Shown: positions 40,676 to 51,323 of the stretch, one piece after another | How the letters are laid out: each line of letters opens with the position of its first letter | Position numbering within the stretch: the first letter of the stretch is position 1 | DNA from: Salinivirgaceae bacterium | Lineage (GTDB): Bacteria; Bacteroidota; Bacteroidia; Bacteroidales; SZUA-534 | Length of the DNA stretch: 64,000 nucleotides | NCBI GenBank assembly: GCA_024405635.1 | Contig: JAKSOL010000006.1 | Location: forward strand, 32,001-96,000 | Reading direction: 5' to 3' | Position numbers and translations under genes: made by a program | Notes under the pieces: generated by a model | What the model was told of the DNA's origin: nothing | The model's database searches: none | What the model saw: the letters and a program-made list of their open reading frames with translations, nothing else

Positions 40676-41302
40676 CTATGGTATAATTGATGCTTTTATG
40701 ATTTGTGCAGATTCGGGACCGCAATTCATAACTAAATCGAGTATTGATAGATTTGGAGCAAATCCTAAACGTTCGGCAAAGACTTGTTGGTAATGTGCCG
40801 CAACAAAATTTGGGTCGGGAATTGAGTGTTTTGGGGTTATTGTGTTGCGAAAATCGGGTAGGGTTGGCTGTTTTTCAAAATCGGTGGTAAAGTTCAATTT
40901 TGCAGGCAACTTTAGCCATTTAAGGCATAGTTCGGTAATTGAATTGTTGTATTCGATTAAATAGTTGTACTTGTTTCGGTAAAAAAGTTCAATGTCGTCG
41001 ATGTAGTAATCGTAAAACGGTGATGAATGGTATAGCGACTCGATGGTTGCAAAGTGATTTTTTTGCCAAAGCGAGTTGTATGCTATGCGTATGTCTTTAA
41101 CCAATTGGTTTACTCGACCTTTTTCAACTGGTACTTGCAACGATTGAATGCAGTTTGGACCATAAAGCACGCATCGGTTTCGGTATGTTTGTTTGGGATA
41201 AGTTTCCCATTGCTCAATCAAAACTTGCTCATACTCAACAAATTTTGCAAAATATTGTATGGGGCCCCAATATGCGGTGCTTACAAGGCAGCTATTTTTC
41301 AT
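40676..41302 (-). CDS. WbqC family protein
   Basis: KQTYRNR, Y.SSPFY, Y.QVF and NLSILDL..N.GP motifs. Confidence 0.88.
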   Translation of the reverse strand: MKNSCLVSTAYWGPIQYFAKFVEYEQVLIEQWETYPKQTYRNRCVLYGPNCIQSLQVPVEKGRVNQLVKDIRIAYNSLWQKNHFATIESLYHSSPFYDYYIDDIELFYRNKYNYLIEYNNSITELCLKWLKLPAKLNFTTDFEKQPTLPDFRNTITPKHSIPDPNFVAAHYQQVFAERLGFAPNLSILDLVMNCGPESAQIIKASIIP

Positions 41303-41321
41303 AAGTTAAAAGTTGAGTTGT

Positions 41322-41711
41322 CTATTCTCCGTCATCTTCAAAAAAATGTTTCACAGCACCAATGTAATACTCGTGCCAGCCTTCTTCAATGTTTTCAAAG
41401 GCATCGTCGGGAATGTTGGTGTGACAAACTTCAACGTTAGTGCCACTTTTGTGCTGATGGAGTTTAATTGTGGCAATTGAAGGTTGAGCATTGTCGTCGC
41501 CAAAGTACCATTCTTGCTCAATCATTTGGTTTGGCACCATACGTAGGTTTTTGCCACATATATCGCCGTCGAAAATTGAAAATTCAAAACCTTCTTGGTC
41601 GTTCATTTCAGCGGGTTGTCCGCTCCAAAGCAAAATGGTGAATGGGTTTGTTAGCGCAATGTAAATCTCCTCGGGAGTGCCTTCAATGTATTGGTAAAAT
41701 TTAAGGTTCAT
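41322..41711 (-). CDS. SRPBCC/AHSA1 domain protein
   Basis: IYIALTNP..LWSG, F.IFDGDI.G and HTNIP..GW..YY motifs. Confidence 0.85.
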   Translation of the reverse strand: MNLKFYQYIEGTPEEIYIALTNPFTILLWSGQPAEMNDQEGFEFSIFDGDICGKNLRMVPNQMIEQEWYFGDDNAQPSIATIKLHQHKSGTNVEVCHTNIPDDAFENIEEGWHEYYIGAVKHFFEDDGE

Positions 41712-42744
41712 AGTTCAACAAATTAGTTTTTTGGTTGAATATCTGTTCGTTGGTGCTTTTAAGTTCTTCGCCAGGATTGTCGATAAAGAAGAAAGTTGCG
41801 CCCCAACTATGTTTCACTTTAAGATAAATGCACACATTGTCGTTTATGTTCATAATAACTCTAGTGATGTGTTTGCCAGGTTGATCAAGTTCTTCAACTG
41901 TTTTTTGGTTTGGGTATTGTTTGCGTAGTCGTTCTTGTTCTTGACGCACAAATTCGGCATGTTGCTCGGGAGTTTGCTGTGTTTTTTGAGTCACAGGCAA
42001 AGGTTTTGGCTGAGGTTTTGCGGGGGTAGGCGTTGGTTCTGTTTTTTTAGGTTCTTCAACTGTTTTTTTAGGCATTGGAGGCGTCACTATTGGGGCGGGA
42101 ATAGGTTTTTGCGGAATAGCTTTTGCTTGTTTTCTTTTAGCTTCTGGCGAAACAACTTGCCTATTGCCAACCACATCGTCAACTTTGGTTTCTTCAACTT
42201 CAATTGGTTCCTCGTCAATCTCGATGCGTTCAATTGCTGTTTTACTAGCAACCACATCGGCTACAGGTTCATCGTCTATGCTTATAGCATCTTCGGTAAT
42301 GTTTAGTTGTTCAATGGCTTGCTTAGTTTCTGCAATGTCGGCAATTACTGCATCATCGTCAAAAGAAACATCTTCGTTAATATCGATTGATGTTGCAACT
42401 CTGATGCTTTCAATTTCGTTTTGCGTTTTAATTACATCTTGTTCAATTTGAGCATCGGCACTTTGCTCGGCAATGATGCGCGATTGATTTTGCTCCATAT
42501 TGCGGTCGATGTAAATGGTGCGTATGTCCTCAATTTTGTATTGTGGTAGTTTGGCATCGGGTTTTACACGCAAAGCTTCGCGATAAAAGAACACAGCCTC
42601 CGAATAATGCTGAGCCTCAAATGCTGTTTTTGCGTTTTGCATGGCGGCTTTGTATTGTTGTTCGGTTGCGTTTTGTGCCGAAGCTCCAAAGTACATCAGC
42701 AAAGCAATTGATACGTAAAGTATTTTATTAAGTGATTGCAACAT
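41701..42744 (-). CDS. Secreted hypothetical protein (TPR-like start, acidic repeats, Pro-rich linker, C-terminal beta domain)
   Basis: Signal peptide from MLQSL; KVKHSWGATFFF near the C-terminus. Confidence 0.7.
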   Translation of the reverse strand: MLQSLNKILYVSIALLMYFGASAQNATEQQYKAAMQNAKTAFEAQHYSEAVFFYREALRVKPDAKLPQYKIEDIRTIYIDRNMEQNQSRIIAEQSADAQIEQDVIKTQNEIESIRVATSIDINEDVSFDDDAVIADIAETKQAIEQLNITEDAISIDDEPVADVVASKTAIERIEIDEEPIEVEETKVDDVVGNRQVVSPEAKRKQAKAIPQKPIPAPIVTPPMPKKTVEEPKKTEPTPTPAKPQPKPLPVTQKTQQTPEQHAEFVRQEQERLRKQYPNQKTVEELDQPGKHITRVIMNINDNVCIYLKVKHSWGATFFFIDNPGEELKSTNEQIFNQKTNLLNYEP

Positions 42745-42772
42745 AGTATTGTTTTTCAGTTGTTTGTGTTTG

Positions 42773-44722
42773 TTACAAAAAGCTAAACTCACGACCTAAA
42801 CGCATCATTTGATCGGTATAGTTTTCGGTGTAATCAACGGCCACATCAACCCAATTATTGCCTTCCATTACTTTTGAAAGCACTGGATTTACAAATCCTC
42901 CGTAAGGTGCAAGGTTTAGTTTACGATAGCGCTCCAACACTTCGGCATGTAGTTGTTGGTCAATTTTAACTGCGTATGTTTCAACCAAATTTTTTCCAGC
43001 ATCATAATCACCTTCGGACTTAATGCGCTGAATTTCAGCAAGTAATTTACCAAACAACGAGCGTAGTTTAGTGTAATCGTTAATTGCTGTGTAAGTTTTG
43101 CCGTTAACCTTTTTCAGTTCAATTACGTTATCGGCTTGGCCATGTTCAAAGCACCATTTGGCAATGAGTTGGCGGTTGCGCATGTGCGATTCTTCAAGAT
43201 CTTTTCCCAATTCAATGCGAACCAACTGCCCCATAAGTCCGTTGCGGATATAGCTGTCGTATTCTGCTTTGTAAGCTTCAGAGTCGGGTAGCAAACCAAG
43301 TTCAACTATTTTGTTATCAGCAATATAGTACAGAGCGAACAAATCGGCACGAGCCTCTTCAAGAGTTGAACTATAGTTTTTAAGCGCCTCGCCACTCACT
43401 CCAGGTAGCAGTTGACCAGAACCATGACCAAGACATTCGTGCAAATCGGTGTGAAGGTTGCTTGCTTGGTATCCATACTTGCGAGTGCGAGCAATAACTT
43501 CATCATCGCAGCAAAATTCAGCAAGCGAGCCGCTACCAAGGCTTGCGCGGTCGTATGCGTAGGTTATGTTTTCAATTGTAACCGATTTTGAACCATGCTC
43601 TTTGCGAATCCAATCGGCGTTTGGCAAGTTTATGCCAATTGGTGTTGATGGATAACAGTCGCCACCAAGTTGAACCATTGTTATAACCTTGGCTGTCACG
43701 CCTTTAACCTGTGCTTTCTTAAAGTTTTGGTTTATGGGTGCATTGTCTTCAAACCACTGTGCATTTTGGCTTATTACTTCGGTTCGGTGGGTGGCTTTAA
43801 GGTCTTTAAAATTCACTACCGATTCCCATGTTGCTTTAGTTCCAAGTGGGTCGCCATAAACTTCAATAAAGCCGTTTACAAAATCAACGCGCGAATCTAA
43901 ATCTTTGACCCACAATATATTGTATTCGTCCCAAGCAACAAGACTACCAGTTTTATAATACTCAATTAGTTTTTCAATTGTTTTGCGTTGATGTTCGTTT
44001 TCGGCAAATTGTTCTGCTTCAGTTAACCATTTGATAATCTGCTCAATAGCTGCACTATATTTGCCACCTACACAATAAACTTCTTCGCAAATTTTACCAT
44101 CAATCTTAACTAAACGGCTATTTAGTCCTATTGAAAGAGGACGTTCAGCATCGGGTTGTGGTTGTGCTGCATTGTATTGTTCAACTTCGGTTTGCGACAC
44201 TCCTTTGTAAAAATTGCAAGCCGAAGTGCTAACCAAATCGGCATCACCACTTAGGTTTACGCGTTTTTGATTGGTTGTATGGTCATAAATTATATCGGTT
44301 ATGCGTTGAGCAAACTGAATTGCATTTTCACCCTTTTGAGCAGGCATTTTGCTAAAATCAGAACAAACAATCAGTTCTTTGAACTCCGATTGCTCAATAT
44401 CGGGGAAAAATTTGTCGGTACTGTAATGGTGATGTATTCCGTTGCTGAACCAAACTCGCTTGGCATAGGTCAAAAATCCTTGATACTGATTGCTTGAACG
44501 GTCGGCTGTGCATGTTTCAACAACAGCATCAATAGTTTTTCTAATGCTGAGATTGTGCTCAAAAAACTGGTCAAACAAAATGTCGCGACCACAGTTTGCT
44601 GCTTGACTTAAGCAGTATAGCAATTTGCGTTGTTGCGCAGTAAGTGTTTCAAATTCAGGAATTTGATAGCGCATAATTTTTATGTCGGCAAATCGGTCAA
44701 TTACGTATTCAAAATTTGACAT
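42773..44722 (-). CDS. Dipeptidyl peptidase III (M49)
   Basis: HECLGHGSG, EEARAD and GINLPN motifs. Confidence 0.93.
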   Translation of the reverse strand: MSNFEYVIDRFADIKIMRYQIPEFETLTAQQRKLLYCLSQAANCGRDILFDQFFEHNLSIRKTIDAVVETCTADRSSNQYQGFLTYAKRVWFSNGIHHHYSTDKFFPDIEQSEFKELIVCSDFSKMPAQKGENAIQFAQRITDIIYDHTTNQKRVNLSGDADLVSTSACNFYKGVSQTEVEQYNAAQPQPDAERPLSIGLNSRLVKIDGKICEEVYCVGGKYSAAIEQIIKWLTEAEQFAENEHQRKTIEKLIEYYKTGSLVAWDEYNILWVKDLDSRVDFVNGFIEVYGDPLGTKATWESVVNFKDLKATHRTEVISQNAQWFEDNAPINQNFKKAQVKGVTAKVITMVQLGGDCYPSTPIGINLPNADWIRKEHGSKSVTIENITYAYDRASLGSGSLAEFCCDDEVIARTRKYGYQASNLHTDLHECLGHGSGQLLPGVSGEALKNYSSTLEEARADLFALYYIADNKIVELGLLPDSEAYKAEYDSYIRNGLMGQLVRIELGKDLEESHMRNRQLIAKWCFEHGQADNVIELKKVNGKTYTAINDYTKLRSLFGKLLAEIQRIKSEGDYDAGKNLVETYAVKIDQQLHAEVLERYRKLNLAPYGGFVNPVLSKVMEGNNWVDVAVDYTENYTDQMMRLGREFSFL

Positions 44723-44785
44723 GGTATATTGTTTTAGTTATTTACATTAAATGTTGATTTTTAGATACTTATAGTGGTTTTTGGT

Positions 44786-45805
44786 TTATTTATAAAAGTT
44801 CTTTACAAATCCAGTAGTATCAAATTGTTGTTTTAAAATCAGTCGGCACCAAACTGCTTTAACAAATCCCATTCCGTATCCACACAATTGCACCCAAGCC
44901 GCAGGAACGGATTTTATGCCAACCAAAAAACCATTGCGTGCGGTTGAGTCGGCAAGAATCAGTAATGAAAACAACAACTGTGGAACGATGCACAACAAGC
45001 TGAACATTAAGCTTTTAAAGGTTATTGAAACAGCCAAACAAACTATTAGAAACACATTGCCTAAAAAGAAAGCTGCAGGCAAAGTATGAACAAGTTTTAA
45101 CGACCCTTTGTGGCGCACATTTAAGTTGATGCGGGCGCAACCCGAATTAAATACCTGGCGATAGAATTTGCGCAAATCGGTGCGGCGTTTATGGTAAACA
45201 AAAGCATCTTTAATCAACTTGGTTGACAAACCAGCTTCCAATATTCGAAGTGTGAGGTCAATGTCTTCGCCAAAACGCATGGTAGAGTAGCCGCCAGTTT
45301 TTGCAAACGCATCTTTGGCAATTCCCATATTGAAACTGCGAGGGTGAAATTTTCCTGCTTTTTCGCTACCACCTCTAATTCCGCCAGTGGTTAAAAACGA
45401 TGTCATTGCGTACCCTATGGCTTTTTGTGTAACGGTAAAGTTGGGAAGAGTGGCATCGGGGCCACCAAAAGCATCAACATATTCTTTTTCAAGCGATTGC
45501 AACACTATCTCGATGTAGTTTTGGGGAATAATGCAGTCGGAGTCGAAAAAGATGAGATAATTGCCGCTTGCGCGTTCTGCTCCATAATTACGGGTTTGGC
45601 CTGGTCCTGAATTGTCTTTGTAAAAGTATTTAACGTTCAATTTGTTAGCATAACCATTTACAATGTCTTCGCTTTTGTTGGTTGACCCATCTTCAACTAC
45701 AATCACCTCAAAATTCTTATTTGTTTGATTAACAAGACTTTGTAGCAATTCGTCAATTTCTTGCGGTCTGTTGTAAAGTGGGACTATAATTGAAATCTGA
45801 ATCAT
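44786..45805 (-). CDS. GT2 glycosyltransferase
   Basis: IIVP.YN, EDGS, FFDSD and GEDID motifs; C-terminal TM helices. Confidence 0.9.
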   Translation of the reverse strand: MIQISIIVPLYNRPQEIDELLQSLVNQTNKNFEVIVVEDGSTNKSEDIVNGYANKLNVKYFYKDNSGPGQTRNYGAERASGNYLIFFDSDCIIPQNYIEIVLQSLEKEYVDAFGGPDATLPNFTVTQKAIGYAMTSFLTTGGIRGGSEKAGKFHPRSFNMGIAKDAFAKTGGYSTMRFGEDIDLTLRILEAGLSTKLIKDAFVYHKRRTDLRKFYRQVFNSGCARINLNVRHKGSLKLVHTLPAAFFLGNVFLIVCLAVSITFKSLMFSLLCIVPQLLFSLLILADSTARNGFLVGIKSVPAAWVQLCGYGMGFVKAVWCRLILKQQFDTTGFVKNFYK

Positions 45806-45823
45806 GGTTGTTTTTTAATTAAC

Positions 45824-47824
45824 TTACTTACTTGCCAATATTTTTTGGAGTTCAAACATCTCGTCGCGTAAACGCGCAGCCTCTGCAAATTCCATTTTTT
45901 CAGCAGCTTTTTCCATTTGTCGTTTTGTTTTTTCAATGGCTTTATGCAGTTGGTCTTTGGTCATGTAGCCCACAACTGGGTCGGCAGCTATACTTGGACT
46001 TTCAGGCTCTTCGTAATATTGTTTGTTAGGCTCGGCATTGAGCGTATTGTGCTTGTTTTTAACAATTTGGGTTGGAGTTATTCCATTTTCTTCGTTATAA
46101 CGAATTTGTTTTTCGCGTCGACGGTTGGTTTCGTCAATAGTTCTTTGCATCGAGTCGGTAATAGTATCGGCATACATAATCACCATTCCGTTTACGTTAC
46201 GAGCAGCACGTCCTGCAGTTTGGGTAAGCGAACGTGTATCGCGCAAAAAACCTTCTTTATCGGCATCAAGAATAGCAACTAACGAAACTTCGGGAAGGTC
46301 CAAACCTTCGCGCAAAAGGTTAACTCCAACAAGCACATCAAACAGCCCATTTCGCAAGTCCTCTAGTATTTGCACACGGTCAAGTGTCGAAACATCGCTG
46401 TGAATGTAGTTTGAACGTATGCCCATTTTTGTAAGATATTTCTGAAGCTCTTCTGCCATGCGTTTGGTTAGGGTAGTAACCAAAATTCGTTCGTCTTTGG
46501 CGGCGCGAATGTTTATTTCGGCTATTAAATCGTCAATTTGGTTCAAACTTGGGCGTACATCAATTTTAGGATCTAGCAAACCTGTTGGACGTATAACCTG
46601 ATCGACTACAATGCCTCCGCTTTTAACAAGTTCATATTCGGCAGGAGTGGCGCTAACGTAAACCATTTGGTCGGTTAATGCTTCAAACTCGTCGAATTTT
46701 AGCGGACGGTTATCAAGCGCAGCAGGTAAACGGAAACCATATTCAACCAAGTTCTCTTTGCGTGCTCTATCGCCTCCAAACATTGCACGTATTTGCGGAA
46801 CGGTTACGTGACTTTCATCAATTACAGTTACAAAATCTTTTGGGAAATAGTCGAGTAGGCAGAAAGGGCGCGAACCTGCCGCTCGGCCATCAAAGTAGCG
46901 CGAATAGTTTTCAACACCAGGACAATAGCCAATCTCTTTAATCATTTCCATGTCGTAGTTTACGCGTTCTTCAAGGCGTTTTGCTTCAAGCGTACGGCTA
47001 CATTCACGCAAATCGTTTAGTCGCAAAGTAAGGTCGTCTTGTATTTGGCTAATTGCCTTGTGAATGCGTTCTTGTGTGGTTACAAACATGTTGGCTGGAT
47101 AGATGTTAATTTGGTCTATTCGGTCAAGAATGTTGCCACTCACAGGGTCAATCATCATTAGTTCGTCAATGTCGTCGCCCCAAAACGATACGCGGCAAGC
47201 TGTGTCGCCGTAAGCCATAAACACATCAACCGAATCGCCCCGAACACGGAATGTACCACGCTCAAAAGCCACTTCGTTTCGAAAATAGAGCGCATCGACT
47301 AAACGGCGCAAAAAGTTGTTGCGACCAATGGAATCGCCAACCTTTAAAGCTATGCTGTTGCTATAAAAATCCTCGGGATTGCCAATGCCATACAAGCACG
47401 ATACCGACGAAATAACAATAACATCGCGGCGGCCCGACAATAATGCCGAGGTGGCACTTAATCGCAGTTTTTCAATCTCGTCGTTTATTGCCAAATCTTT
47501 TTCAATGTATGTGTCGGTTACTGGCAAATAGGCTTCGGGCTGATAGTAATCGTAGTACGAAACAAAGTACTCAACTGCGTTATCGGGAAAAAACGATTTG
47601 AACTCTTGATAAAGTTGAGCCGCCAACGTTTTGTTGTGACTCAAAATAAGAGCAGGGCGTTGCACACGCTCAAGCATATTGGCAATGGTAAACGTTTTTC
47701 CAGAGCCAGTTACACCAAGCAAAGTTTGATGCTGAACGCCATCAAGTATGCCTTGTGCCAGTTCGTCAATTGCGTGAGGCTGGTCGCCTGTGGGTTTATA
47801 TGGCGATACTAATTTTAGGTTCAT
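45824..47824 (-). CDS. uvrB: Excinuclease ABC subunit B
   Basis: GVTGSGKT, YYDYYQPEAY, DESH and GRAAR motifs; C-terminal UVR domain. Confidence 0.98.
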   Translation of the reverse strand: MNLKLVSPYKPTGDQPHAIDELAQGILDGVQHQTLLGVTGSGKTFTIANMLERVQRPALILSHNKTLAAQLYQEFKSFFPDNAVEYFVSYYDYYQPEAYLPVTDTYIEKDLAINDEIEKLRLSATSALLSGRRDVIVISSVSCLYGIGNPEDFYSNSIALKVGDSIGRNNFLRRLVDALYFRNEVAFERGTFRVRGDSVDVFMAYGDTACRVSFWGDDIDELMMIDPVSGNILDRIDQINIYPANMFVTTQERIHKAISQIQDDLTLRLNDLRECSRTLEAKRLEERVNYDMEMIKEIGYCPGVENYSRYFDGRAAGSRPFCLLDYFPKDFVTVIDESHVTVPQIRAMFGGDRARKENLVEYGFRLPAALDNRPLKFDEFEALTDQMVYVSATPAEYELVKSGGIVVDQVIRPTGLLDPKIDVRPSLNQIDDLIAEINIRAAKDERILVTTLTKRMAEELQKYLTKMGIRSNYIHSDVSTLDRVQILEDLRNGLFDVLVGVNLLREGLDLPEVSLVAILDADKEGFLRDTRSLTQTAGRAARNVNGMVIMYADTITDSMQRTIDETNRRREKQIRYNEENGITPTQIVKNKHNTLNAEPNKQYYEEPESPSIAADPVVGYMTKDQLHKAIEKTKRQMEKAAEKMEFAEAARLRDEMFELQKILASK

Positions 47825-48834
47825 TTGCAGAATATCATATAAACGGGAAAATGATCGCTAACACCGCCTTTGTAGCTATTGCCAACGTATGTTCGTGAAG
47901 GAACATTTGCTCCGCTTTTGTCGGCAAAGCAAATCCATTCAGGAGTATGTATAAATCCTTCGTCGCCATAAAGCCTGAAACCACTTTTGCATGTTGTAAG
48001 GTTGCGGCTAACAATCAAATTGTCGAGCATCGAAAAATCGTTTTGGTAGAAATATGTTCCCCAGTCGTTAACTTCAAACTGATACATAATGTTTACCAAA
48101 TCGCTTTGAGCACTTATCTCTTTAGCGCCAAGTATTTTGTACGGACTGTCGTTTGCTGGTTCATCGTTAAAGTCGCCCATAATAAGCACATTTGCATCTT
48201 TGTTTATAGCAAAAAGCGAGTCAACCGAATGGCGTAGAGTAGCGGCACAGCGTTCGCGTTTGGGTTGCGATTCAAGCATTCCTCCAATGCGCGACGACCA
48301 ATGGTTTACAAAAAGATGCAAAGTATCGGTTCCACATAATCCTTTAACATACAAAATGTTGCGTGTAGGTTTGCCCGATTTGAGCACAACACGAATCGAT
48401 TTGTGGCTGATGTAATTGAATGTTTTTGGATTGTAAAGCAAACCGCAATCAATGCCACGCGGATCGGGCCCTTCGTCAAGAATGGCTTTGTAACCAGCTT
48501 TTGCCAATGCAGATTGGGCTGCAAGGTCGTTTAGTACGTTAATGTTTTCGGCCTCAATAATGCCAACCACATCGGGTAAACTTTTGGGGCAGATGCTGCT
48601 GATAACTTTTGCTACATCGGCCAATTTTTTATTGTAACGCTCGGTTGTCCATTTGTACTTTCCATTTGGTGTAAAATCCGAATCTTGTTTTCCTGCAACG
48701 TCAATCGTATCAAACAGATTTTCAACATTATAACTTGCAACAGTAAAGTATCGTTTCGATTTCCATCGGCTTGGTTGAGCAATTAAAACAACCGTAGTAA
48801 AAATGGCAATGCAAACAAGTGTAGTCTTTTTCAT
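47821..48834 (-). CDS. Secreted endonuclease/exonuclease/phosphatase family protein
   Basis: YNVENLFD, DPRGID, NHW.SR, GDFND and SDHFPV motifs. Confidence 0.9.
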   Translation of the reverse strand: MKKTTLVCIAIFTTVVLIAQPSRWKSKRYFTVASYNVENLFDTIDVAGKQDSDFTPNGKYKWTTERYNKKLADVAKVISSICPKSLPDVVGIIEAENINVLNDLAAQSALAKAGYKAILDEGPDPRGIDCGLLYNPKTFNYISHKSIRVVLKSGKPTRNILYVKGLCGTDTLHLFVNHWSSRIGGMLESQPKRERCAATLRHSVDSLFAINKDANVLIMGDFNDEPANDSPYKILGAKEISAQSDLVNIMYQFEVNDWGTYFYQNDFSMLDNLIVSRNLTTCKSGFRLYGDEGFIHTPEWICFADKSGANVPSRTYVGNSYKGGVSDHFPVYMIFCK

Positions 48835-48961
48835 AGTTCAGCTTTTAACAAACCGCAAATCTACTATTTTTTGACCGTGTTTAGGGCGCATTTTCCACCT
48901 TATGACGTTTGTAAAAACATTATTTTTGCCAACAATGTATCAATCAAATTATCAATTGAAT

Positions 48962-49591
48962 ATGAAAAAACAGCTATTCTTTTTAATGGCAATTGCATCG
49001 GTAATGATTACTAGTTGCCAAAGTAAAACTAACGAGCAACCAACAACCGAACAAGTTGTGGTTGACAATATTATGGCTCGCCGCAGTGTTCGACAATACA
49101 AACAAGAGCCAGTTAAGCGCGAGCAAATGGAAACAATAGTAAAATGTGGCATTAACGCTCCAAATGCTATGAACAAGCAGGCTTGGGAAGTGCGCGTGTT
49201 AGATAACAAGGCCGATATTGATAGCATCAGTAAAATTTATTTGGCAGCCAATCCTCGTTATGCTGCCGAATCAACTTTCCGCAACATGTTTCGCAATGCA
49301 CCTACTGTTGCATTTTTAGCCGCACCTGCAAACCCAAATTTTATGGAGGTAATAAACATTGGTCTTATGGCCGAAAACATGATGCTAGCTGCACAATCAA
49401 TGGGCATTGGCACATGTTGCTTGGGCGGCCCGGTTTATTTCCTTAACGATAATCCTGATGCCAAATTCTTTATCAACAAACTCAACTTTAGTGCCGACTA
49501 CCAATTGGTGCTAGTTTTAGCGTTTGGTTATCCCGACGAAAATCCCGGAGCTAAACCTCGCGACGAAAGCAAAGTGATATTCATTGACTAA
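48962..49591 (+). CDS. Nitroreductase family protein with a lipoprotein signal
   Basis: MKK..ITSC lipobox; RRSVRQY, APNAMNKQ, NMMLAA and GYP motifs. Confidence 0.88.
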   Translation: MKKQLFFLMAIASVMITSCQSKTNEQPTTEQVVVDNIMARRSVRQYKQEPVKREQMETIVKCGINAPNAMNKQAWEVRVLDNKADIDSISKIYLAANPRYAAESTFRNMFRNAPTVAFLAAPANPNFMEVINIGLMAENMMLAAQSMGIGTCCLGGPVYFLNDNPDAKFFINKLNFSADYQLVLVLAFGYPDENPGAKPRDESKVIFID

Positions 49592-49597
49592 CAAAAT

Positions 49598-49627
49598 AAA
49601 GGGTTGACAAAACGTCGGCCCTTTTTT
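49598..49627 (+). terminator. Intrinsic terminator
   Basis: aaagggttgac-aaaac-gtcggccctttttt. Confidence 0.8.
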
Positions 49628-49739
49628 GTTTAAACTCACCAACGGACAGCATTATACTTAGTGCATGTCCGTTTTTATTATTTTTACGCCCAAAATTTAA
49701 GGTTACATCAACCTTGCTTCACTTTTTGATATATTTCTT

Positions 49740-51206
49740 ATGAGACGATACTTTCTTGTTGATTATGAGAATGTTCCGGGCGGAATAGTTGGAATAAACC
49801 AACTAGAAAAAACCGATACCGTTTGCATATTTTATAGCGAAAAATCGAAACAAAGCTTGCCTATGATTGACACCAAAGCAGCCATTGAGTCAATTTTGGT
49901 AAAAACCATAGGAACAGGCAACACATACGCTAGCCAAGCTCTTGATTTTCAACTTGCAACCTACCTGGGTTCTATGGCAGTAAAACGTTCAAATCCACAA
50001 GTGTACGTTGTATCGCGCGACACTGGTTTTGACTTTGTTTGCTCGTTTTGGAAAGAGCGAAGCGTATCGGCCGAACGCGTTACATCGATATTAAAAGTTG
50101 TTGACCCAAATTCAGAAAGTTCAGGTTTGCTTTTGCCAGAAAATGCCGAGCAAGCCATTGCAACAATACGCAACATACAATCAATGGTGTTTGATGTTGT
50201 TGCCGATAAAGTGATAGCCTATCGCATTGTGGAATTACTATTGGTTGAACATAGCGACACAATTCTTGGTGCAACTAACAAGTATTTAGCCAAAACAATG
50301 CACTCTAACGAAAAAGTGCAAAGCTTGTTTAATCAACTTAAACCTTTGTTGCTGAAACTGCAAAGCGGTGGCCATGTGTTGCCCAAAACTAAACTCGCAG
50401 CAAACGTTGATTTAGCCTTGTTTGACGAAATTTACGCCATAACAAACAACCGCGCAATGGCTTGCATGATTCTCGACTGCATTGAGCAAAAACTTGGTCG
50501 TCAAGAAATTAACCTGATGCTTACACGCTATTTGCGCGACCCTGAAAAAATGAAGGTATTGCACACAACCCTAAAACCAATACTTGTTGCTCATTGCCCT
50601 AAAAATTCAACAAATAAAGCCGAACAACTTGTGCAAAAAGCCGAAAAAGAAGTAGGCGAGTCTGTTGAAAAAACATCAACCAACAAAAAAAAGAAAAACC
50701 AACCCAACAATCAAAAAACCAAAGCGCAAACTGAACCAAAAACTAAAGCCAAATCAAAGGCAAAAACCAAGGCCGAAACAAAAGAGCAACCCGAACCTAA
50801 GACCAAAATAACTCCACGCTATACCGAGTCGCACACCAACATTGACGAACTGCGCAACCAAATTGAAACCATTACCGCAAATAGCAACTTTGCAAGCCAA
50901 ATTGCACCACAATTGCTTGATGCCGAAAATTGGGGAGACCCAACGTTTGAAAAATTTGCAAAAGCAATGCGAATTAAACTCACAAACAACCCAAATCTAC
51001 CTAATTTGTACCACCAAATGCAAAAAGCCATTTCCGACGAGTTTTTGGCTTATTTAATTACATGCTTAGCCGATGCAAATATTTCATATAGTGATATTTA
51101 CGGTTATGTATTTAGTTATAAACGCACCAATTCCGAGTCGGGTATGGCATACCAAAAAGTTAAAAACTTTTTACGCCAATTTTTTGCAAAAATCGAAGCT
51201 AAATAA
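49740..51206 (+). CDS. PIN/NYN-like nuclease domain protein with helical extension and Lys-rich linker
   Basis: LVDYENV, ALDFQLATYLG and VSRDTGFD motifs. Confidence 0.8.
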   Translation: MRRYFLVDYENVPGGIVGINQLEKTDTVCIFYSEKSKQSLPMIDTKAAIESILVKTIGTGNTYASQALDFQLATYLGSMAVKRSNPQVYVVSRDTGFDFVCSFWKERSVSAERVTSILKVVDPNSESSGLLLPENAEQAIATIRNIQSMVFDVVADKVIAYRIVELLLVEHSDTILGATNKYLAKTMHSNEKVQSLFNQLKPLLLKLQSGGHVLPKTKLAANVDLALFDEIYAITNNRAMACMILDCIEQKLGRQEINLMLTRYLRDPEKMKVLHTTLKPILVAHCPKNSTNKAEQLVQKAEKEVGESVEKTSTNKKKKNQPNNQKTKAQTEPKTKAKSKAKTKAETKEQPEPKTKITPRYTESHTNIDELRNQIETITANSNFASQIAPQLLDAENWGDPTFEKFAKAMRIKLTNNPNLPNLYHQMQKAISDEFLAYLITCLADANISYSDIYGYVFSYKRTNSESGMAYQKVKNFLRQFFAKIEAK

Positions 51207-51323
51207 TTGTAATTCAAAACATTATTCAATAGGGTAGTGCTCAACCCACAACACTTTATGAACACACCAAAAATGGCACGTTTTTTTGCCTAATTTTACA
51301 CCGCATTAAAAGTCTGAAACACA

